DNA of 64,000 bases from an uncultured Gammaproteobacteria bacterium (lineage in GTDB: Bacteria > Cyanobacteriota > Vampirovibrionia > LMEP-6097): NCBI GenBank assembly GCA_964438425.1, contig CAYTKM010000002.1, positions 9,546 to 73,545 on the forward strand, read 5' to 3'. The translations under genes were made by a program, and so were the position numbers. The notes under the pieces were generated by a model. The model worked only from the letters and a program-made list of their open reading frames with translations. It had not been told where the DNA came from and made no database searches. Of this stretch, positions 39,188 to 47,411 are shown one piece after another (the first letter of the stretch is position 1; every line of letters starts with the position of its first letter).

Positions 39188-40018
39188 TTATTTAGTACCC
39201 CATTGTAATTTATCTCTAAGTATACTGTAGAAGTCATTTTCAGCATTAGATAATTTTATCAGCTTAAGACTATACTTAGCTTTACGGATGATAATTTTAT
39301 CAGCAGGCTCAAGTTTGACTAAGTCTTGACCATCAGCCTGCATGTAAAAAGATGTTTGATCTTTACTTTCAAATAAAATAGTTTGCTCATCTGAAATAAC
39401 ATGCGAGCGACTATTTAAAGAGTGCGGAGCTATCGGTACAATCTGAAAAGCCTGTATATCTGGGTCCATGACAGCGCCGCCAGCACTAATGGCATAGGCA
39501 GTGGAACCAGTTGGAGTAGAGACGATCACTCCATCTGCTCTAAGTGAATGCAATAGACGCTTGTTTACAAAAATTTCGGTGTAAAGGAGATTAGAAAATG
39601 GTGAGCGGTTAAGTACAATATCATTTAGGGCATAGTGCACTTTGCCAGTACGCTCGATAGTAGCTTCAAGTAAACTGCGCTCTTCTAAGTAAAAGTCTTT
39701 AGCTATAATACGACTTGAAAGTTCTGGCATTTCAAGATCGCCATACTCGGATAAAAACCCTAAATGCCCGAAATTGACACCTATTATCGGTATATTATGT
39801 CTAAGAACCTGCTGAGCTACACTTAAAAATGTACCGTCACCACCTAAAACTACAGCAAGGTCAGTAGATCCATCTAAATGAGCCCAGTCCTCAGCGCTAT
39901 GTCTAGTTTGACTATAATTACTTTTAATTCCTGCTGCTCTAAACAGCGAGACTAATTCTTCAGCTCTTTCAATGGCTGTTGGTTTGGTTGGGTTATAAAA
40001 GACATGAATCTTTTCCAT
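39188..40018 (-). CDS. nadK: NAD kinase
   Basis: GGDGT(F)L motif and the conserved DGVIVSTPTGSTAYAISAGG region. Confidence 0.9.
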   Translation of the reverse strand: MEKIHVFYNPTKPTAIERAEELVSLFRAAGIKSNYSQTRHSAEDWAHLDGSTDLAVVLGGDGTFLSVAQQVLRHNIPIIGVNFGHLGFLSEYGDLEMPELSSRIIAKDFYLEERSLLEATIERTGKVHYALNDIVLNRSPFSNLLYTEIFVNKRLLHSLRADGVIVSTPTGSTAYAISAGGAVMDPDIQAFQIVPIAPHSLNSRSHVISDEQTILFESKDQTSFYMQADGQDLVKLEPADKIIIRKAKYSLKLIKLSNAENDFYSILRDKLQWGTK

Positions 40019-40086
40019 AAATTAATTAAGATTACTTTAGAATCTCAAAGTTAAATAGGTCAAGCTAAAATATTTGCCTGATAATG

Positions 40087-40545
40087 TCATTTTACATTTT
40101 TTTTACGTAATCTTTGAAAAAAACTTTGAATTAGCAGACGTGCTGGCTGCTCGCAGACACCTGAATATACGTTTAAATCAGCTGGTGCTAACTGATAGCG
40201 CGACCCGAGCGCGCCAGTTAACGGTTCTGGGCAAGCAAAATAAATATTTTTAATCTTACTTTGGATAATAGCTCCAGTGCACATCAGACAAGGCTCTAAA
40301 GTTACATAAAGACTATGCTCTTTAAAAATATAGTTTCCCAGTAGCTGGCTGGCTTGCTTAAAAACATTTAGCTCAGCGTGACCTAAAACACTTTTTTCTT
40401 GCTCTCTTGTGTTAAATGCTTTAGTAATTATCATATTATCTGCATTTACTAGCATGGCTGCTACGGGCACTTCATCAGGCTGACTAGCACTCATGCTGCT
40501 AGCATAGTCTAAAAGTTCTAGCATTAACTCTGTAGGCGATTTCAT
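40087..40545 (-). CDS. tadA: tRNA-specific adenosine deaminase
   Basis: CMP/dCMP deaminase zinc motifs HAE...PCxxC (HAELNV...PCLMCTGAI). Confidence 0.85.
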   Translation of the reverse strand: MKSPTELMLELLDYASSMSASQPDEVPVAAMLVNADNMIITKAFNTREQEKSVLGHAELNVFKQASQLLGNYIFKEHSLYVTLEPCLMCTGAIIQSKIKNIYFACPEPLTGALGSRYQLAPADLNVYSGVCEQPARLLIQSFFQRLRKKNVK

Positions 40546-40578
40546 ATAGATTATATTTAGTTACTAGCGTGGTAAAAT

Positions 40579-41718
40579 GTGATTGTGATTACTATTGAAG
40601 GGATTTTTAGCCCGATTCAAACTAGACTTAATATTTTAGATGATAGACTGATCAACCAGATCAGTAAAGATTCGGCTGCTCTTTGTACTATTTTACAAGG
40701 TATTTTTAAGGCAGGTGGTAAAAGACTTAGACCTGCACTGTCATTTTTAATTTATGAAGCTTTACTTGCAAGTGGCTTAGCTAAAGATTTTTGTCAGGAT
40801 TGTGTAGATGATTTAGCTAAGGCTGAAGATTGTGCTGACTGCGCTGGTTTAGTAGGCGACCCAGAAAATATTGATATTCAACAATTAAAACAAGTTTTAA
40901 GCGCTAAGCAAGACGAAAAAATATATTTAATCGCTGAAATCAGTGAATTAATTCATACAGCAAGTCTGGTTCATGATGATATTATCGATAATTCCTTTGT
41001 TAGACGAGGTTTACCAACCGCAAATAGTAAATTTTCTAATGCTGTAACTGTAATTAGCGGCGATTTTATGTTTGCGCGCGCTGCAGTAAATTTAGGAAAA
41101 GTAGGTAATCTTAAAATAGTAGATCTTTACGCTAAAGTTCTTGAACATTTATGTTTAGGTGAAATCAAGCAGGTTGAATACAAATACTCTACTGAGCTTA
41201 ATTGGCAAAACTACGAAGATAAAAACTATCGTAAAACTGCTTCTTTGTTTGAGGCAGCAGCTTTGGCGCCAGCTGAACTACTGGAATTAAAGCCTAAGTA
41301 TAAAAATGCTCTTGCGAGTTTCGGTAGAGAAATCGGTCTAGCTTTCCAAATCGTCGATGATATTTTAGATTTTACTTCGGATGAGCAAACCTTAGGTAAA
41401 CCTGCGGGCTCAGATGTAAAAGAAGGGCAAATTAATTTACCAGTTTTATATGCGCTTGAAGAGCTGCAAACTAATAACCCTGCAAGTGGAGCGCGACTGA
41501 AAAATTTAATCGTAGCTTTAAGCTCAGATAATGATAATCAGGAAATATTAAATGAGATTTTAAGTTTAATCGATCAAACTGAAGCGATTAATAAAAGTCG
41601 TCTAAAAGCCCAAATCCATGTTGATAAAGCTAAGCTAGAACTAGATTTTCTAGATGACTCTCAGTGTAAAGCTGCTTTGCTTGAGCTGGCTGATTTCACT
41701 TTGCAACGTGTCTCTTAA
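40579..41718 (+). CDS. polyprenyl diphosphate synthase (IspB/octaprenyl-diphosphate synthase-like) with an unusual Cys4 insertion
   Basis: First DDxxD (LVHDDIIDN) and second DDxxD (FQIVDDILDF) motifs. Carries a ~50-aa insertion bearing CQDC-x9-CADC. Confidence 0.8.
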   Translation: MIVITIEGIFSPIQTRLNILDDRLINQISKDSAALCTILQGIFKAGGKRLRPALSFLIYEALLASGLAKDFCQDCVDDLAKAEDCADCAGLVGDPENIDIQQLKQVLSAKQDEKIYLIAEISELIHTASLVHDDIIDNSFVRRGLPTANSKFSNAVTVISGDFMFARAAVNLGKVGNLKIVDLYAKVLEHLCLGEIKQVEYKYSTELNWQNYEDKNYRKTASLFEAAALAPAELLELKPKYKNALASFGREIGLAFQIVDDILDFTSDEQTLGKPAGSDVKEGQINLPVLYALEELQTNNPASGARLKNLIVALSSDNDNQEILNEILSLIDQTEAINKSRLKAQIHVDKAKLELDFLDDSQCKAALLELADFTLQRVS

Positions 41719-41734
41719 CTAGTATAATTAAAAC

Positions 41735-42445
41735 ATGAACAAAAAAGTTTTAGTTTTACTTGCTGGTTGTGGTCATAAAGATGGCTCTGAAATCAGAGAA
41801 TCCGTTTTGACTTTACTTAATCTTGATAAGGCTGGACTAAGCTATGACTGTGCTTCACTTGATAAAAAGCAGGCGCATGTACTTGACTTTATTAGTGACC
41901 AGGAAATTAGCGAGGAGCGTAATATGCTAACTGAATCAGCGCGCATTGCTCGCGGTGATATTAAGGATTTAGCTAAAGTTGATCTGACTGCTTACGCTGC
42001 ATTAGTTATACCAGGTGGTTTTGGTGTAGCTAAAAACTTTTGTGATTTCGCTTTTAAAGGTATTGAAGCTAGTGTGGTTCCCCAGATCAAACACACTATT
42101 AACAGTTTTTATACAGCAGCTAAGCCGATCGTTGCGATTTGTATAGCACCAGCTTTAGTCGCTTTAAGTTTAAAAGATGAAAGTGGTTTAAAAGCTAAAT
42201 TAAAGTTAACTTTAGGTACTGCTGATAGCGACCTAGAAACTTTAGCTAAATTAGGCTGCGAGCCTAAGAGCTGTCAGAGTAGCGAAGCGATTATTGATAA
42301 TGAAAATAAGGTGATCTCAACTCCAGCTTATATGCATGCAGAGGCAAGCTTGAAGGAGATAGATCAAGGAATCAGTCTGGCGCTTGAGTCTTTAGCTGAT
42401 AGCTTAAAAGAAACTAACTCCAAACCTGCTTTGTCTGAAGTTTAA
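41735..42445 (+). CDS. elbB: isoprenoid biosynthesis protein ElbB (DJ-1/PfpI class I glutamine amidotransferase-like)
   Basis: Strong similarity to ElbB across the length (VLLAGCGHKDGSEI...IPGGFG...PAYM). Confidence 0.85.
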   Translation: MNKKVLVLLAGCGHKDGSEIRESVLTLLNLDKAGLSYDCASLDKKQAHVLDFISDQEISEERNMLTESARIARGDIKDLAKVDLTAYAALVIPGGFGVAKNFCDFAFKGIEASVVPQIKHTINSFYTAAKPIVAICIAPALVALSLKDESGLKAKLKLTLGTADSDLETLAKLGCEPKSCQSSEAIIDNENKVISTPAYMHAEASLKEIDQGISLALESLADSLKETNSKPALSEV

Positions 42446-42447
42446 AT

Positions 42448-42963
42448 TTGACTTTAATAAAATGCACTTTAAATAGCCCCTTAGGCTCTTTATTAATTTG
42501 CGCTAAAGCAGGTTTTTTATGTGGTTTATACACAAGCGAGCATAGTAAATATAATGAGATCTTAGCTGATAAAACTTGCAAGCAAGTAGAAATAAATAAA
42601 AGCTCTGTTTTTATGCAAGCAACGGAGCAGCTACAGCAGTATTTTAAAGGTGAGTTGAAAAATTTTACTTTGCCTATTAAGTTTTCAGGCACTGAATTTC
42701 AAGAAAAAGTTTGGTCTGAACTGAGCTCAATACCATGTGGTAAGGTCGTTAGCTACCAACTTTTAGCCGCTAAAATAGGCTTACCGCAAGCTAGCCGGGC
42801 TGTAGGCATGGCAAATAGTAAAAACCCACTTTCAATTATAGTTCCCTGCCACCGAGTGATCAGAGCTGATGGTAAATTAAGTGGTTATGCTGGTGGTACT
42901 CCTGCTAAAAAACTATTGCTTGAGCTTGAAGGAGCTAAGCCAAGCTTGCTAGCTTTAAAATAG
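42448..42963 (+). CDS. ogt: methylated-DNA--protein-cysteine methyltransferase
   Basis: Active-site PCHRV(I) motif in the C-terminal domain. Confidence 0.85.
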   Translation: MTLIKCTLNSPLGSLLICAKAGFLCGLYTSEHSKYNEILADKTCKQVEINKSSVFMQATEQLQQYFKGELKNFTLPIKFSGTEFQEKVWSELSSIPCGKVVSYQLLAAKIGLPQASRAVGMANSKNPLSIIVPCHRVIRADGKLSGYAGGTPAKKLLLELEGAKPSLLALK

Positions 42964-43072
42964 TCCTGTAAAATATAACTTAAGAGGTTTGTATAGCTTA
43001 GATCTATAGTTTATTAATAAATAAAATTGTTAAATAGATCATTCTTACTTAGAAAACCCTACACACTACTTT

Positions 43073-44224
43073 ATGGTATCCACATTTCTAAACGAAGATC
43101 AAAGCTTATTTAAAAAAATGATAAGTGAAATAGCTGCAAAAGAGTTTGCACCGATAGCAGCTGAACTTGATAAAACGCATAAATTTCCGCGTGCGAACTT
43201 AAAACTTCTAAGCGAGCTTGAGGTTATGGGACTTACTATCGATGAAAAATATGGCGGTGCTGGCATGGATTATATCTGCTACTCGCTTGCGACTGAAGAA
43301 ATCTCTAAAGCTTGTGCGAGCACAGGTACTATGTACTCGGCGCACCTGTCATTATGTGCGATGCCGATAGAAATCTTCGGTAATGAAGAGCAAAAAAAAC
43401 ATTATCTGCCTAAATTATGCTCTGGTGAATACCTGGGTGCTTTCGCTCTATCTGAGCCTGGTAATGGCTCTGATGCGGCGGCTATGCGCACTAAGGCTGT
43501 TGAAGATGGCGACCACTATGTTCTTAGCGGTTCTAAAGCCTGGATCACCAATGGCGCTGAAGCTGACGTTTACATAGTGCTTGCACAAAGTGATTTTGAA
43601 CTAAAACACAAAGGTGTAACGGCTTTTATTGTAGAAAAGGGTACACCAGGCATGAGTTTTGGTAAACCTGAAGATAAACTGGGTATTCGCGCGAGCGCGA
43701 CTTGTCAAATTCATTTCGATGATTGTAAAGTACCGAAAAAAAATATTTTAGGTAAGCCAGGTGATGGTTTTAAGATTGCGATGCAGACTCTTGATGGCGG
43801 TAGAATTGGTATGGCTTCGCAGGCTATCGGCATAGCGCAGGCAGCTTTTGAAGATTCGATTAAATATGCTGAAACTAGAGAAGCTTTTGGTGAAAGTATC
43901 TTAAATTTTCAGGCTATTCAATTTAAACTTGCTAATATGTCGACAGATATTGAGGCGGCGCGCTTGCTAGCTTACCAGGCAGCATGTTTGCATGATGCTG
44001 GCAAAAAATTCACGCGCGCCGCGGCTCAAGCTAAGCTGTTTGCTTCTGAAATGTGTATGAAGCATACGATTGAAGCAATTCAGATCCATGGTGGCTATGG
44101 CTACACTACTGAATATAATGTTGAAAGATATCTAAGAGATGCTAAAATAACAGAAATCTATGAAGGAACCTCAGAAATCCAAAGAATTGTGATTGCTAAG
44201 GAACTTCAAAGAGAATATCTATAA
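43073..44224 (+). CDS. acyl-CoA dehydrogenase (short/branched-chain type)
   Basis: Full-length ACAD fold motifs, including the C-terminal YEGTSEIQRIVIAKEL. Confidence 0.9.
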   Translation: MVSTFLNEDQSLFKKMISEIAAKEFAPIAAELDKTHKFPRANLKLLSELEVMGLTIDEKYGGAGMDYICYSLATEEISKACASTGTMYSAHLSLCAMPIEIFGNEEQKKHYLPKLCSGEYLGAFALSEPGNGSDAAAMRTKAVEDGDHYVLSGSKAWITNGAEADVYIVLAQSDFELKHKGVTAFIVEKGTPGMSFGKPEDKLGIRASATCQIHFDDCKVPKKNILGKPGDGFKIAMQTLDGGRIGMASQAIGIAQAAFEDSIKYAETREAFGESILNFQAIQFKLANMSTDIEAARLLAYQAACLHDAGKKFTRAAAQAKLFASEMCMKHTIEAIQIHGGYGYTTEYNVERYLRDAKITEIYEGTSEIQRIVIAKELQREYL

Positions 44225-45683
44225 TCCTATGGATTATCTACCTCCGAACTATAATCATTTAACCACCCCGCCAGCATATCAGATTGTCGCTGAACGACCT
44301 CACGGTGGCTTGAAATACTATGTGCCTGAGTACCATGAAGTGCGTAAGTATGAAGATAAATTGAAACTTGATCGCTCTGACCAGAGGCGCGAATATACAC
44401 GCAACAGGCAATCTCAGAAGTTAAATATTCCTCGTCAGCTAAGATCGGGTCGAGTTTTAACTCGTAAAACTTTAAAACCTACTAACCAGATGCGCACTAA
44501 AATGATAGTTGGCGCTGAAGATCTGCCAGTTATTAAATTGCCGGCTAGTAAAAATTACACCCAACGTTATATCGAGACTGGAACTCCTCCAGCAGCAGAG
44601 CTTGAAAAACAAGTAGAAGTTGTTAATCAGTCTAGCAAACTTAAAATACCTGATGATTTAGTTCCAGTAGAGCGCTCATCAGCCACTGAGCCTCAGGTAA
44701 ACAAGCAAATTGAAGCTAAAACTACTACTATTCAAGAGAAAGCCGCCGCCGCTGCCCCTGAGATGCTAGAGATCTATCAGATGGAAGAAAAAATTTCTAG
44801 TCAGTTAGATAAACAACAAGCTAACAAGAATGGCACGGAAATGCCGGCTAGTAATTTAGAGAAGCAGGCTAGTACTACTAGTAAGCGGGGTAGCGCGCTG
44901 ATGAATATGGAAAGGTACAACCGCAACCATAAAATTGGTCTAAAAATCCCATTCCTTAAAAAGCGTCTTAAAAACCGTAGGGTAAAAAAAAACTTTAATC
45001 CCGAAAATATAATCGAGGAAGAAATTGAGATTGAAGCTCAAGTTGAAGAAGAGCAGCATAGTGCTTTTGAGAGGATTAAAAGTAAGCTAAACATCATTAG
45101 ACAAAAAGCCGCCGATAACATTATGATGACTACCATTCGTCATAATGAAGAATATATTATTGATGTAGCTGGCTCTAAGGTTAATTTCTCGGAGTACGGT
45201 ATTAATAGAGTCCCGATAAGTGTCGCTGATCAGATCTGGCTTAAAAAAGCTAGACATTACTTTATTAACGCTCGCGAAAAAGGTATCAGAATAGGCTCAT
45301 CACCTAAATATACTACAATGCCGATTCTAGAAAGTTTATGGGCAACAGCTGAGCATTTTAAAATTAACCAGAAAAGATTTTTGGTGCAGTTATATAATGA
45401 AACCAGATTTAATCCGAACTTAATCGGTCAAGCTGGTGAGCGTGGTTTAGGTCAGTTTAAAAAAATGACTGCTAATCATTATAAATACGACTGGCATAAA
45501 ATGAAACAGGGCAATCAAACATATGCTTACCAAGCCTATGCAGCTGCTAGTTTTGTAAATAAAGTCGGTGAGTCGGCTTACAACCATGCGGGCGCTCCCG
45601 GTAAGTTATATTCTGGTGCTATTTCTAGAAGATTAAAGAAAATTGAAAAAACACGAGTACCGAATTTACTATCTAGTAATTAA
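44193..45683 (+). CDS. lytic transglycosylase (SLT) domain protein with a long basic N-terminal region; real start possibly the ATG at 44229
   Basis: SLT catalytic region YNETRFNPNLIGQAGERGLGQF (E-S/T...G-L-x-Q). Confidence 0.6.
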   Translation: MLRNFKENIYNPMDYLPPNYNHLTTPPAYQIVAERPHGGLKYYVPEYHEVRKYEDKLKLDRSDQRREYTRNRQSQKLNIPRQLRSGRVLTRKTLKPTNQMRTKMIVGAEDLPVIKLPASKNYTQRYIETGTPPAAELEKQVEVVNQSSKLKIPDDLVPVERSSATEPQVNKQIEAKTTTIQEKAAAAAPEMLEIYQMEEKISSQLDKQQANKNGTEMPASNLEKQASTTSKRGSALMNMERYNRNHKIGLKIPFLKKRLKNRRVKKNFNPENIIEEEIEIEAQVEEEQHSAFERIKSKLNIIRQKAADNIMMTTIRHNEEYIIDVAGSKVNFSEYGINRVPISVADQIWLKKARHYFINAREKGIRIGSSPKYTTMPILESLWATAEHFKINQKRFLVQLYNETRFNPNLIGQAGERGLGQFKKMTANHYKYDWHKMKQGNQTYAYQAYAAASFVNKVGESAYNHAGAPGKLYSGAISRRLKKIEKTRVPNLLSSN

Positions 45684-45870
45684 CGATTATTTAAGTGATT
45701 ATAATTTAAAAATTGCTGTCATCTTGGCTTGATATTAAAATATAGAGCCATAAAAGATATTAAGAATAATTATTAAAAGTGCATGGCTAGTAAATTAGCA
45801 CTAACTAGTCAGGTTTTTTAGCGTATATGCTGCAATGCTACTCTATAATCATTTTCTAAGTGTAGAAGAA

Positions 45871-45990
45871 ATTAGAAAATAATTATAAATAAAGGGTATT
45901 TTTATAAAATAATTATAAATTTAAACATAATTTAGAAAATAATTATAAATTTAACGCTTTTTTATAAAAAAATTATAACTTGTGTTTTTT
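45871..45990. repeat. four tandem ~30-bp repeats, each containing (T)AGAAAATAATTATAAATTT
   Basis: Units begin at about 45871, 45902, 45931 and 45961. This is the best-preserved array of the dispersed AT-rich motif family. Confidence 0.75.
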
Positions 45991-46111
45991 AACTATTAGT
46001 TTTAACTGAATTTAAAAGCACTTCTAATCTGATCTGCTCTAGTAAAGCTAGGATCTTATTTTCGATAACTAGAGATTTAAATTTATTTAAGTTGATAGCA
46101 GTTTTAGTCAT
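45989..46111 (-). CDS. possible small ORF (40 aa, MTKTAINLNKFKSLVIENKILALLEQIRLEVLLNSVKTNS)
   Basis: ATG with an AGGAT SD 6 nt upstream. Below the ORF-track threshold. Its 3' end overlaps the repeat array. Speculative. Confidence 0.25.
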   Translation of the reverse strand: MTKTAINLNKFKSLVIENKILALLEQIRLEVLLNSVKTNS

Positions 46112-46330
46112 GTTTCGATCCTATTTAAGCTTGATGCTATGTTGTTGACTCTACCTATAAGTGCAGTGTCATCATTTGAAATTAAAAGCTTGAAGTTTAT
46201 TTGACTTAGGCTTTGCATATATAAAGCAGCACTTTAGTAAGAATTTATAATAAGTTAAAAATGGTTTAATTGTAAATCTTGTAAACCACTTGTAAAAACA
46301 AGCAATCAGCTGAGATCAAATTTATTTAAA

Positions 46331-47074
46331 TTACTTAATAGTTTCAAGTTCAGCTGGAAATTTAACAGATTTCACTTCTTCTATATATTTACTAAACGCA
46401 GCTACACTTTCATCGAACTGACTGGCAAACCTACGCACAAATTTAGGCTTGAAAAGATTAAAACGACCTAGTAGGTCATCACTTACTAGTACCTGACCAT
46501 CAGTGCTTGCCCCCGCACCAATACCTATAGTCATAGCTTGAATAGTACCTGTTATATTGCTGGCGATTTCATCTGGAATCATTTCTAGCACTATACCTGA
46601 AACTTTTAGCTTGTCAAGCTTAATAGCCATTTCCAGTAATAACTCTTTATCTCGAATCACTTTACTATCTGTAAACTTATCAAAGCTTTGCGGCGTGTAG
46701 CCAATATGACCAAAAACTTTTTTACCCTCAAAGACTAAAGTTTGGATGATATCAAGTGCCTTAGACTCTGTGCCTTCAATTTTTACATAATCAGCTCCGT
46801 TTTCATACAGCGCGCGCGCGTCAGCTAAAGCCTCTTTAATCGGTTTTTGGTAGCTAAGATAGGTGTAATCTGCGATAATTTGCTTTTCAGGAGCTCCTTT
46901 GCGAACTGCTCTTAAGAAAATTAGCATCTCTTCAGGGCTTAAATCCTGGGTACTTTCATGACCTAATGCGACCATAGCCAGGCTATCGCCGACTAAAATA
47001 TAATCTATCTCTGTGCAAGCAAGTGCTCTTGCGGTGTTAAAATCATAAGCAGTTAGTATAGAAATCTTTTGCAT
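46331..47074 (-). CDS. panB: 3-methyl-2-oxobutanoate hydroxymethyltransferase
   Basis: Typical PanB length and motifs (...GHIGYTPQS..., ...IGIGAG...). Confidence 0.9.
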   Translation of the reverse strand: MQKISILTAYDFNTARALACTEIDYILVGDSLAMVALGHESTQDLSPEEMLIFLRAVRKGAPEKQIIADYTYLSYQKPIKEALADARALYENGADYVKIEGTESKALDIIQTLVFEGKKVFGHIGYTPQSFDKFTDSKVIRDKELLLEMAIKLDKLKVSGIVLEMIPDEIASNITGTIQAMTIGIGAGASTDGQVLVSDDLLGRFNLFKPKFVRRFASQFDESVAAFSKYIEEVKSVKFPAELETIK

Positions 47075-47305
47075 ATTAATAATTATAATTTATCACTTAC
47101 TAGATTTGGTTTTGAAATTTATATCCTAGAGCTAAAGAGGTAGCTTTAGTGTCTTAGAAGGCTACATAGAAGTGGAATCAAAGCTGTAAAAAAGAAATTT
47201 TTATAGTTTCTATTGTTTAGTTTTTTAGATAAAATACTTCGCAAAAGTGATTAAAAAAATAAGCAAGCTGGGTTTCAATATTGCTAGCTGCTCTTTCTTA
47301 TATAT

Positions 47306-47346
47306 TAAAAAATAACTCCCTAGCTTTTAAACCAGGGAGTTATTTT
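47306..47346 (-). terminator. rho-independent terminator downstream of the 47412..50228 gene
   Basis: aactccct(ag)/(cc)agggagtt hairpin. On the minus strand it is followed by TTTTTT. Confidence 0.55.
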
Positions 47347-47411
47347 GATCGACAAGAAGTAAGACTAAGCTATATCTTACTTAATTGCAAGCAAGCTAAA
47401 CTAAGCTCATA

